Origin: Macrostomum lignano
Lineage: Eukaryota
Length of the DNA stretch: 64,000 bases
NCBI GenBank assembly: GCA_002269645.1
Contig: NIVC01000757.1
Location: 385,127-449,126, forward strand
Reading direction: 5' to 3'
The notes under the pieces are model-generated. The model did no database searches. It had not been told where the DNA came from and worked only from the letters and a program-made list of their open reading frames with translations. A program made the position numbers and the translations under genes. Shown in pieces: positions 46,661 through 56,996 of the stretch (positions within the stretch are counted from its first letter, which is position 1; each line of letters opens with the position of its first letter).

Positions 46661-49600
46661 TCTATGTTAATTTTCTGCATTATATTTAGTGCAGCGGTAG
46701 TCCGAGGCCAATATTTTTGCTGCTTTCGATCCGATTCGTTTTTCTTTCTCTCGCCGATCTTTTCTCACCACTTTTCCGCCATCCATGAATTTTTACTTGC
46801 ATAGTGGAGTTTCACAAGCCCTAATATTCACAATGCATAAGTTAAGAATCTAGTTTCACAACGCCTAACTTCACAACACCTTTTAAAATCACCAAAACGT
46901 CAAGCATCGACTTTAACATTCGTTAAAAATATCAACTCGCAACTGAACTATGGAAAATGACTACTGTTATACGAGCGTAACAGTTATTTACCAATGTTCC
47001 CTTGGTAACCGTTAGTTTTTTTATTTTCTTGTCTCTTAACAATAGATCTTTAAAAGTTTGTAGCGCTTCCAGAATTTTGATTCAACATTCGAAATAGAAG
47101 ACAAAAGAAGCTTTTTTTCAGTAAGCTTTTTTTGTGAGTAGATCGAACAAGACCATAAAAAAAGCCTATATTTCGTTGAAACCGGTGCTGCCTTATTTTT
47201 TTATAAGAACATATTGATAAATAGAAAATATTACAATAGAGTTGCCATACGGTTACAATGATTTAAAGTTAAATCATAACCCATACGAGCATCTTGACGA
47301 ACTAATATAAATATGGTGCGAATATAAATATTACACAAGCCACATTACATCCATCGGAGCAAGATGACAGGTGTTAAAAAGTTAGCTTAAGCAGTTTGAA
47401 TTGGTATAGCGCTCGGGATGCGATGCAAGCAATGAACTTTTTCATTCTGCGAGTTCCTGCTTTGTTGTTCGGAGTGGATCGAAAAAGCTGAATTAAAAAA
47501 AGTTTCTTAAACGAGACAAGTTTCAAAAGCGGAAACGCTGCGGTGTTAATCTTGTGTTGTTTTGCCTCTGGGCGTTTTAGTTCAGGTTGAAGACTATTCT
47601 AGATACTATCTCTAGAGTACTGCTGATTTAGCTGATTGCATAAACTTATACTCAAATATAGGTTTGCTAAATTCACGAAGTAAAAAATTAATCCGATACT
47701 TATGACTTAAGGATGTGTCAGTGTTAGCTAGCACTACTTTTGATTCACCGAAACGGGTCAAGCTTTAATCAAAATGTTCCTTTCTTTTGACGATGCAGTA
47801 TGTCCCAATTGTCTTTTCCAAAAAGGATTCTCGCCGAACTACTAGACTGTTCCCTTCTCACCAAACCCCTCGTTCTCACCTTCGATATGGGAGTTTTTAA
47901 ATCCTACTGTCACGTCAAGGACTCCTCAAGTAGAGGGACGGGAAATCTCGTTTCTTGGAAAATTTTAGAAGGCAGTTTTTCCGAAAAATACACTACGGAG
48001 ATAGGAAGTTTTCATTTTCAGGACAACAATTGTTTTTGCCTTCGATAGGAGGCAGACCCAGTGTTCATCTTTTGATATGTTGTGCCTTTCTTATTGCTCT
48101 ATCGATGTTCATAAAGCTTTTCATTCAAAAAATTAGGATTCTGTTAATTTTTTTTTCCATGTACCTAAAAACCATAAAACGCATTGCACGGCTCGATTTA
48201 TTGTCTTTATTAATCTATTTTATCATTTCAATTACACATATTAACATTGTTATATACAGTCAGCTAAGAATGATAAAGCAGACCCATAAAACCGATGAGC
48301 TGAGCCGTCCATTTTAATGGCTTTTGGGCACAGGATATATACAAATGTACATCTTCTCGTCCCGTCCTTCCACTTGAGGAGTCCTTGAGTAACGTTCTCA
48401 TACTCACGGCCCTGTCGTCTACTGGGCAAAAAAACTTTTACTCCTATTCTCGTCTATTAGTATACTATTAAATATTTGCCATGTTGTTTGCGCCGATCCT
48501 TTTATTCTCGAAAAAAAGTTCTACAGTTTGAGGAAATAATGGAGATTATATCGACTTTACTCAGTTTCATTTGTGTTGGAGGCTAGTGGGGGCATACAAT
48601 TCTTTATCGTACTGTGCATGCGAATTTTTAGATTAATGTCTATGTTTCCTGTGTTGAGGAAAGCGGCCTAGAAAACATACAGTTCAGATGGAAACTAGGA
48701 ATAGACGGGCTACTGATAGCACGGTTGCAAAGCCGGAAAGTACCGTCGTCTCACATTGTCATCGTCTTTTTCGTGTTTGTGTCGTGCAATAGCTACATTC
48801 TGCAGAGACTATAGTCTATACACATGTATTTATTATTTGTGATGTAAATTGACATTAGAGCGTCAGTCAAGACCAAAATTACATACTGATTTAGGTGCAG
48901 TATTTTACACGCCGTGTAGATAGACGCAAAATAAATACGAACAAAATTTGCATTTCGGCTGTTTGCTTGCAGTTTTTTAAATATAGGCAACACTGCAAAC
49001 GACAATGGGATGGGCAAACATAGATACAGAATTGTATTTGTTCTTGGAGCTTTTTATACCCTTCAAAATTTCCACAGTATCCGGTCGTATCGTAGCATTA
49101 TATGAAAGTATAAGGGAAGACCGATTTGAGAGCCGAATAAGCGCGCTTGATATTAAAGTAACATGCAAATATAAGTATTAAATATTATGATTCAGTGATA
49201 ACAGTCACAAAGTTTTCACTGGAAATTTTATGTAATCCAGAAAAGAACAGGAAAATAGAGAGACGGTAATTAAAAAAATGAGATCCATTTTTAACCAATA
49301 AAAAATAAACAAAATCGATTGTTACAGAAAAAATGAAACCCAGCATTAATATTTTTTCATTCTTCTTCATCTTCAATCTTCTTTTCGTCTTGAGGAAACT
49401 GATTTTAAGTTTTTGCGAGTATAATGCGAAAGCTGATAAGTTCAAAATAAATTTATGGAGCCAAAATGAGAGGTTGATGAGAGATTCATGTTTATTATAT
49501 CAAACTTGGATTTTTTGTCATGCAGCCTTGGCCATTTCAACCAAACGCTTACGAGCTTCAAACGGCAACGCTAGCCAGCCAACCAACCGCAAAGGAAAAA

Positions 49601-50243
49601 CAGGCAACAGCAAAAATGTTGACAAGATTTGAAGACAACTCCGGGCCGGTTGATGGGAGTGGACTGTCCGTCCAAGTAACTTCAGGTTCCTCCGAGGCTG
49701 TAATAGCAGTAAAGTCCGATTTTAAATGGCTGTAAATTGCGCATCAAGAATCTTAATTGCTACACTTTGCGACACAAGTTGTCCAAATAATATGAGTGAA
49801 TGGGAGGGATGGGCCTTCACTGGTACAATAACACAGCGATAACTTTTGGGGGAATGGCTTGCCTTCCTGATTCTCAGACGTGAGCAACGACATCTGGCAT
49901 GTCTGGGTCTTTCTCAAGCGTAGAAGCCATCGGGAGAATTCAGAGACACTCTTGACAGAACCTTTTTTAGGAGTACATCGATCTGCAACCGCCTTATCTT
50001 GCATGCGCGGTGGAAATATCATGGCTCGTACTATTCAATAGGTGGTAGTAAATATTCAAGCTCCTAACCGATGTCTGCTTACTATCTACTGAAACTATTT
50101 CTGAGAAACTTTTCCTCTCCCCAGTTTTACACCATTCTGTGGCTGTGGCTGTGGTGTCGGCTGCTTCACTGTTATGTGTTTGAGTGTAAATGAAGTGATC
50201 TGTGTTGCTAATACTTTGTATAAAACTTAGTAGAAACTATTCA

Positions 50244-50636
50244 TTATTCACCATTATATAGGCGGAAGTGGATCAGAAAGCCCGTTGATTCTGAATAACT
50301 GTCCGATTTAAAGTGCATCCGAACGTCGACAGCTGGCTCGAGTGTCCTATTGATGCTGATCGTATTCCAGTCGAGTGCAACATGGAAGGTGCGGCGTCCT
50401 GGACCGGAGGCAGCGGCTGCAGTCAGCCACATGCTGTCCCCTTTGGCAAGCGATATGTTCAGGAGGGTCACGTCGGTTGTGAGGTCTGGAATCTGTGGAA
50501 GTTGCCACTCGCACGTCATGTTCGATGAGTAAAGCATGCCACCAGCTCGACCCTGATGACTGGGGATCACTCCCGATGTGTTTGACGCATCCAGAAACTG
50601 GATCGAACCGCATGAGCCGTTGTGCGCTAAAAGCAC
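50244..50636 (-). CDS. CUB-domain exon of a probable membrane-anchored extracellular protein
   Basis: CGS...SGVI.S...YSSNMTCEWQL...HFKSDSYSESTGFLIHF. A likely terminal exon with a Ser/Thr/Pro linker and hydrophobic tail lies at ~49732-49558. Confidence 0.8.
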   Translation of the reverse strand: MLLAHNGSCGSIQFLDASNTSGVIPSHQGRAGGMLYSSNMTCEWQLPQIPDLTTDVTLLNISLAKGDSMWLTAAAASGPGRRTFHVALDWNTISINRTLEPAVDVRMHFKSDSYSESTGFLIHFRLYNGE

Positions 50637-50886
50637 GAGTGGGTATTGAATACAGTATTAATTTTTTATTGAAAAATTAAAAGCTCAGAAACTTGAAAAC
50701 AGCAGAGATGGACTATCCAACAATTTAAGTAGATGCTTGAATTTTATGTTACCGTGATTTTCACGGAGACTTAGGAATGCTTTATTTGCCTGGGACGACA
50801 CAACAAATTTGCATAACTTTCCCAGAGTCCTTACACAAATCGTTAAATTATAATGGCTTCTGCTTTTCGGATACTGGATACTCGTG

Positions 50887-51158
50887 AGTAGTATAGAAAA
50901 AGACGCTTCTAGACCCAGAGCACTTTTTTAATGACCGTTTTAAGGGTCTAGAGGGGGGACACGGGGGGGTAAATAAAAAAACACATCTAAACACCCTTAA
51001 CACATCTAATCACCCATAATCACCCCTAACAATAAAAATCACATCCCAACACATCCAAACACTCCCCAACACCCCCCTCGCGTCCCCCCTCTTAAGACCT
51101 TACAAACGGTCATTAAAATAAGGTCTGATCTAGAAGCGTCTTTTTCTATACTACTACT
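50887..51158. repeat. Polinton terminus folded as an imperfect ~85-bp inverted repeat around a G-free spacer
   Basis: AGTAGTATAGAAAAAGACGCTTCTAGA (50887-50913) is exactly reverse-complemented at 51129-51155, and similarity continues for ~60 bp more. Confidence 0.9.
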
Positions 51159-51212
51159 CTATAACCCCTTGCCCGCGCCGCAGGCGCGAAGGGTCTTTTT
51201 CTGTTACTAAAA

Positions 51213-51527
51213 ATGACCCGAGTTTACACCTTTTCTGTTAGTGATACTTTTGAGACTGTTGCTAAAAATGCAGAGATAATAAAACAACATATTTTGAATG
51301 GAATAGTTGATGAAGTTTATTTAAAATATGACGACAAGCACGACCTAAAACTTTATCCATTAGAGCTAGATGAGATGTATGATTTAGAACAAGAGGGTGA
51401 GTTAATATTTCAACTTGGAGATTATTTAAATTCGGATGATTGGGAGGTTAGATCAACAGATTCCGAATCAACAAATAGTTCATATGAAACCAGTGAATCA
51501 GAGAATGAAAGTGAAATTTTTATGTGA
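51213..51527 (+). CDS. Polinton hypothetical acidic protein (104 aa)
   Basis: Open ORF with TAAAAATG start context; no recognisable motif. Confidence 0.6.
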   Translation: MTRVYTFSVSDTFETVAKNAEIIKQHILNGIVDEVYLKYDDKHDLKLYPLELDEMYDLEQEGELIFQLGDYLNSDDWEVRSTDSESTNSSYETSESENESEIFM

Positions 51528-51543
51528 AAAAAATATTTAAAAA

Positions 51544-51798
51544 ATGAACTATTATTCTATAACAGAAACGACATTTATTGTGAAAAATATATATAAAAAA
51601 ATGAAGGTAAATCGAACCCATGGTTCGCGTGCTTTGCACGATTACTCCTACATCGGAAATGTGCCGATTAATGAACTTAATGAAAATTTAAGTTTGATAA
51701 CAGTTGAACAAATGTCAATAATAATATTAGTAACAATTATTGTAATAATATTGTTTTTGTTTGTTATAAAAAATTTACTACCATGTTGTCTTAAGTAA
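51544..51798 (+). CDS. Polinton small membrane protein (84 aa, C-terminal TM helix) carrying an in-frame 30-bp hairpin insertion
   Basis: Hydrophobic IIILVTIIVIILFLFVI segment and A-rich start context. Confidence 0.55.
   Translation: MNYYSITETTFIVKNIYKKMKVNRTHGSRALHDYSYIGNVPINELNENLSLITVEQMSIIILVTIIVIILFLFVIKNLLPCCLK
51613..51640. mobile_element. 28-bp double-hairpin mini-element (copies at 51613-51640, 53113-53140, 57782-57809, 63325-63351)
   Basis: Consensus CGAACC-nnn-GGTTCG-CGNNC-nnn-GNNCG; three copies flanked by AT on both sides; compensatory changes in stem 2. Confidence 0.8.
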
Positions 51799-51808
51799 CT
51801 GATCGAAC

Positions 51809-53416
51809 TTAGTTTGCAGATAATATCTGATTCTCATAAAAAGAACCCAATATTTCTTCACCATCCTTATCAGCAATTATATAGGTTGTAGGATTTGTAT
51901 TTAAAACTTTACTGATGGTAAATTTCTCACTTATCTTCCAATATCCTTTTCTTCCCTTTTCAAACTTATCTTTCCATTTATAGATATAAACAGAATCACC
52001 AACTTTAAAACCTTTAGTTTTCTTTTTTTCAAATTCTCCAAAAGTAACCTTAACATTTTCAGGTTTGTTATAAGCTTGTTGAGGAGTCATCTTTATAGCT
52101 GAATGATATGAATTGTTATAATCTTTCACTACGTCTGGTAATATTTTTACCCACTTTTGGTTACCATTAAGACTAAACTGAAACCATAATTTCTTACCTA
52201 AAGTTCGATTAAATCTTTCTATTAATGCGTTTTTACTCTCTCCATAAATAGAATAAATTTTATTAATATACTCCCCATTCGCGTCTTTTTTCCTTTCTTT
52301 TCCTTTTTCAAAATGATACAATTTATACATATGAGGATTGTAAAATTCTTTTCCTTCATCAACACACAATCTTTCGCTTTTTTCTCCAAGATTTCTAAAA
52401 GCAGCAGCAACCTCCTCTCCTTTTTTGGATTTTAAAGGAACAGCCCACGCGTATCGAGTAAAACCATCTAGTATGGTTAAGATATATTTATATCCTCTTT
52501 CATTTGGCATCGACATTAAATCAGCATACCAAATTTCATTCTTTTTGAAGGTCATGATTTTTCTATAAAATTTAGGTTTTCGGTATTCTTTATGAAGAAC
52601 CTTTGCCTCATCAAAACTTAGCCCACTACCACTTAATAACAAACACTCAACACAATTATTTCCATGTTGGTTGTAATTAATTCCCAAACCAAATTTAACT
52701 TTAGACTGCAAAATCTTTTTAACCATCCATCTAGTTAATTTTTGACCTACCGATAATCCCTGTAGGTTATCTAATCCTTGAATCATTTTTCTATCGGCTT
52801 CATGTTTTAATCTTAATGCTTCCTCGGGTGAGTTCTTATCAGCATCTCTGTATGCTAAGTCATGATAATATGCTAACCAGTCAATACCATTTATTGGAAT
52901 TGAATCAGATTTTGGAGTGTCATCAGGATTTAATCTCAAATCTAAGCGAGTGCCGGGTAGTTTACCCTCAATCTTTCGAATGAGGCTGGAGCACACCTTA
53001 AGCGGCGATAATTACCGCCCATCTCCGTCTGCTCTCTGAACCTTCTCCTTATATTTAAAATACTTAGGAGCTTGGCTGCGCATTGCCACCATGTCTTCAA
53101 GCTTTTTACCATCGAACCATAGGTTCGCGTGCAAAGCACGATTGGGAAGAGGAGTTACCTCTGTTCCTTCAAAAGATTTCTCAATTGAAGTGGTACTTGA
53201 AGCTGTATGACGGGTTTCACGCAATTTGGAGATGTCGCCACAAATAGTGACTAGCAAGGACATTGCCTTCCTCACTCAGGCCACGGGTTAACCTGTGAAG
53301 TTCATTGATGGTAGGTGTAGTTCCCCTGTATATTTACCAGTAGTAAAGATTGGTGGTAAGCTTGTTAATCCTTTTTGAACATCTAACAATCCTCCTTCAA
53401 ACACTATTTGGTTCAT
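51809..53416 (-). CDS. Phospholipase A2 (parvovirus-like, PLA2X)-integrase fusion, ~424 aa, split by a group I intron (exon 1 53416-53291, exon 2 52957-51809)
   Basis: Spliced protein: MNQIVFEGGLLDVQKG...GELHLPSMNFTG|PGTRLDLRL...PINGIDWLAYYHDLAY...HEADRKMI (PLA2 Ca-loop and HDxxY), then rve core WYADLM...ILDGFTRYAWAVPLK...LCVDEGKEF...IERFNRTL, then the Polinton C-terminal FKVGD...FEKG...W...GSFYENQI. Confidence 0.9.
52958..53290 (-). ncRNA. Group I self-splicing intron, IC1-like, 333 nt, no internal ORF
   Basis: Folded by hand. P1 with U.G at the 5' splice site (ACAGGU/GCCUG); P3 CAUCUCC/GGAGAUG; P4 UGCGUG/UGCGCA; P5abc with A-rich bulge and GAAA loop; P6a/b with CCUAAG...UAAGG receptor; P7 G-A(bulge)-GAGCA/UGCUCC after AAGGUUCA and UAAGGUG; P8 GGCGGUAAUUAUCGCC; P9 with GAAA loop; P9.0 AG/CU. 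Removing it restores the frame and the conserved GPGT motif. Confidence 0.92.
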
Positions 53417-53966
53417 TTTTAATAGCCTTAAAAATACATGAAAGCACCAATTGTTTTGCAAACTCTTCAATGGTTGGTTGTTTAACTTTTTTATAGTTAT
53501 TATCTACGCTAGTTAAGTATCTTTTATTTGTCCAATGTTCAGACTTTTTCATCTGATCTTCATCTTTGTAACTAAACGAAGAAGCGGGAATGAAATGATC
53601 AATATCTAAATTTCCAGTATAATCTTTTGAAACATAATATTTTCTTGTGAAATTTAACCAATCAAAAAAGAATTCTTTTGTGCAATCAAGATATGAGATA
53701 TAGTCCTTGTCATTAAAATTTTTCAACGCCCAATTTATTCTATTTCTAATTAAAACAATATGTTTGTAATTATCATCATTGTGATACTTGTTTTTTCTAT
53801 ATTCATTAAATTTATCTTTATTGTTTTTCATCCAAATAGTAGATGAGGTATTATGACAAGATCGACAATCATTTCTAAATTTTTTTGAATCATTTCTCCA
53901 AAAATAAAATTCTTTCGTCATTGGTTTTTCTTGTTTACACTTAATACAAATCTTTTTAGGTTCCAT
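53397..53966 (-). CDS. Free-standing HNH endonuclease with N-terminal zinc ribbon (NCLDV/phage homing-endonuclease type)
   Basis: CIKC...CRSC; basic helical linker; YLDCTKEFF..WL; LDIDHFIPASSF...HWTN..YL...DN..K. The stop codon overlaps the PLA2-integrase ATG region by 20 nt. Confidence 0.8.
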   Translation of the reverse strand: MEPKKICIKCKQEKPMTKEFYFWRNDSKKFRNDCRSCHNTSSTIWMKNNKDKFNEYRKNKYHNDDNYKHIVLIRNRINWALKNFNDKDYISYLDCTKEFFFDWLNFTRKYYVSKDYTGNLDIDHFIPASSFSYKDEDQMKKSEHWTNKRYLTSVDNNYKKVKQPTIEEFAKQLVLSCIFKAIKNEPNSV

Positions 53967-53993
53967 TTTATAAAAAATAAATTTAACAATTAA

Positions 53994-54665
53994 TTAAACT
54001 CCAGTATGTCCAGCAGCTTTCGCAGCAGCTAAAACAAGTTTTCGCGGTGTTTTAAATCCATCACCAACAGCTGGTTTGTTATTTATAGAATTAACAATCC
54101 ATTTATACAAGCTGGTATTTTTAACAGCTCCTCCTAACGCATCATAAAAAATTCTAGCACTTATTAATTCATCCCTAGTATATAAATCAGGGTTAAACTT
54201 TACCCTAGGGTTCATAACAATATTATATGCTCCACCCAATTCTGTATATAGTTCATTCCGATTTTTATCAACTCCACCAATTCGATAATTATTATTACCT
54301 AAATCTGTAACAGCAATACTAGTTGGTGCAGGTCTCGGATATTGTTCAACTCCACCCCTAATCTCTTCACGTCTAATTTCTGCAACTCTAAATATTGCTT
54401 GATCAGTCTCATAAGTAGGCGGCTCATCTAAAAGTTCATCCTCTTTTGGCTCAGTATTTTTAGCAATTTTTTCCAGAAGATCTTTATCTGTTTTTTCTAG
54501 TTCACTAATTTTCCCAGTAATAGGCTTAACAAAAGGAGCAGCAAATCTTTCACCAGCTAATTGTATTCCTAACTTTCTTTTTTGTAAATTTCTAACAAAA
54601 TCAGAATATCTTTGCTTCTCTTTATAAATCGCTAACTCTCCATCAACGTCCATAAATTGACTCAT
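53994..54665 (-). CDS. Polinton hypothetical protein (223 aa)
   Basis: Intact ORF divergent from the capsid gene; coiled-coil-like N-terminus with FVKPIT. Confidence 0.7.
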   Translation of the reverse strand: MSQFMDVDGELAIYKEKQRYSDFVRNLQKRKLGIQLAGERFAAPFVKPITGKISELEKTDKDLLEKIAKNTEPKEDELLDEPPTYETDQAIFRVAEIRREEIRGGVEQYPRPAPTSIAVTDLGNNNYRIGGVDKNRNELYTELGGAYNIVMNPRVKFNPDLYTRDELISARIFYDALGGAVKNTSLYKWIVNSINNKPAVGDGFKTPRKLVLAAAKAAGHTGV

Positions 54666-54699
54666 TTTTTAACATAAAAAACTTTTTTAACTTAAAAAA
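54665..54699. promoter_or_regulatory. Putative bidirectional promoter/initiator between divergent genes
   Basis: The spacer is two copies of TTTTTTAACWTAAAAAA, each self-complementary, running directly into the CAT on one side and the ATG on the other. Confidence 0.5.
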
Positions 54700-56171
54700 A
54701 TGGCTGAAACAAAAACTATGTGGAGTGATAAATTTCATTTCAAAAAGCACCGACAGTATATTAATGAGGTCAGAGCAAGAGATTTAAATTATACCCTACC
54801 AACAAGTGATAATTCAAATAACTTTACTACTGGAACGGTAACTTTTGACATCGGCGCAACCAACACTATATTGGATATGAAAAATGCATTTTTCCGTGTT
54901 AGATGGTTGTATACTAGAAATGATGGAACTGCTCTTGCAGCCGGAGATATCGCAGATCGATCCGGAATAATAATAGAAAATGATTGGTTTTATAAATGTT
55001 TTTCCCAAGCTCAACTAACTGTTAATGGTGCTGAGGTTGAGACATCATCAAACCCCGCAGAGATTAATGGAGTTTTGAAACATTTAAATTATACTTATTT
55101 ATCAAAACAAGTTGGTGATAATGTTGGGTGGATGCCGGATAAAGGTAACGGTCAAGCAGTAGTTTTCCCTAATGTACAAAACGCAGCCGGTGCAGATACT
55201 GCAGCGCTAATTGTTTACCTTAATACAAACATAGTTCCAGTTGTAACCACTATGACTAATACAAAAGATATTAATACTGGTTTTATAGATCGTCAGAATA
55301 AATTCCCAGTCGCGGTTTTAACCACAGCAACAGCATATGAGCAGGACTTTTCAATCTTTCCACTATTTGGGTTTTTCTCACCAAATCGGGTATGGAAAGG
55401 ATTAAAATTTGGGATACAGTTGCAAATATCTGGTGGATATCAGCCTAGGATACTTTATGGAACCTCAATTTCAACCGATATAGCAGTTCGTATAGATTCA
55501 ATTCAATTAGTCGTACCAACTATTGAGGTAACAGCCCCACTTTTAAAACACATCGATAATCAGTTAACGCATGATCAGGAAATATTTTATTTGAATCGTC
55601 GACATTTTATGCGAACCATTAATAATAACCAGGATTCATTCCAGTGGCAAATACTGACATCAAAACGTCGGGTGAGATATATTTTTGTTTGGTTTAAGAT
55701 AACAAATAGAAGGAGTAAAAGAGCAAATGGGGATTTATATTGGCTTCAATCCGGTGCCATAGCAGAACAAGCAGCCACCGCAACAGACAATGCGGCTGCA
55801 GCTATTAACGAGTTTAATGTTCAGAATATCCGCCTGCAGGTTGATGATCAATATTATCCGGTTAAAGACCCCTAAATTTAAATATAGCAAATAATAATGT
55901 TAATGATTTTATAAAATATTATCAAGATTATGCTAAAAATGAAGCGTATGCCGTCCCTCAGTACACACCCACAGAGTTTCTAAACATTCATCCAGTGGTT
56001 GTTTATGATCTAACGGCACAGAAAGAAAACGTAGCCAATATTGGACTTAATTATATGTTAGAGATTAATAAAACTGGTAATCAGGCACTTGACGCCCACG
56101 TATTGTTTCTAGAGGAATATATGTCAATTGCTAAAGCTGATGGCACGATTGTTCGGGACGCCCCGCTGTAA
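54700..56171 (+). CDS. Major capsid protein (double jelly-roll, hexon-like); one frameshift at ~55868
   Basis: F.I...N..LDMKNAF...FSQAQL.VNG.EVE; DQYYP then, in the -1 frame, PLNL...YYQDY...EF....PVVVYDL..Q.E...AHVLF. Confidence 0.8.
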
Positions 56172-56220
56172 GCGGCGCAGGTCTCCGACCGTCGCGCCTA
56201 TTTAAATTATTTCTTTAAAA

Positions 56221-56981
56221 ATGGTAAAGGCAAAACACGATAAGATATTTCCAAATGATCCTTTTCTTTGTTTAGTAATCGGAGGATCAGGTAAAGGAAA
56301 AACACACTTTGTTTACGATTTATTAACAACAGATGGAATGTTAGACTATAATAATTTAATAATTTATACTAATAAACCTAGAATAAAATATTATGAATTT
56401 CTTAAACATGGATTAAAAAACAAATTAAAAAAAGATGTCTTGTTTAGAATGTTAAGAGCATATGAGCAATATGAGGATGATGACGAACCGCGATTTAACT
56501 CGATGACATTGAGGATTTATGTAAAACAATGGCACAACAGCCAGAAAACATCACCGAACGAGCTCCAACTGTTAGAGTATCAACCCGATTAGCCTATGAT
56601 CAAATTCCAAAACATGATAAAACACTAATTATTTTTGATGATTGTATTAATGACGGTGATCAAGAATTGCAAAAGGAAATTTTTGTTAGTGGTAGAGGAG
56701 ATGGAATTGGAGCTTTTTATCTAACACAGTCCTTTAGAGAATTAGAATCGATTATAAAAAAGAATGCAAGTTGTTGTGTAATGTTTGATTTAGATAATTA
56801 TGATTTACAAAATATTCACGCTAGATTTAATCCCGGGTTGGATGCAAAACCATTTAAAAGTATGTGTAAAAAAATTTGGGATGATAGCCAATACAAACAT
56901 ATTTATATCAATCCGAGGTTAGAAAGGAAAAATCGAATCTTAAAAGATCTTATAAAAGAAGACGATGAGGAAGAAGAATAA
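56221..56981 (+). CDS. A32/FtsK-like genome packaging ATPase; frameshift at ~56495
   Basis: Walker A LVIGGSGKGKT; Walker B LIIFDDC; GR..GIGAFYLTQS...IIKKNA. Confidence 0.9.
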
Positions 56982-56996
56982 TTTCCCACTATAAAA

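Noticed and set aside
52942-53275. ORFs 53012..53275, 52942..53139 and the MCSSL start of ORF 51809..52996
   Set aside because: They are translations of ribozyme core sequence (for example EKVQRADGDG is the P7/P3 region), not proteins.
52958-53292. Spliceosomal reading of the integrase-gene intron (CAG|GTTAAC looks like a donor)
   Set aside because: The nearest AG acceptors (AAAG|ATT, TGAG|GGT) give immediate stop codons, and no AG lies at the position needed to rebuild GPGT. The group I fold explains the junction exactly.
56479-56495. CGAACCGCGAT in the ATPase as a fifth double-hairpin copy (also 58388-58415 and 61441-61460)
   Set aside because: Only partial motif matches with no paired stems; not distinguishable from chance.
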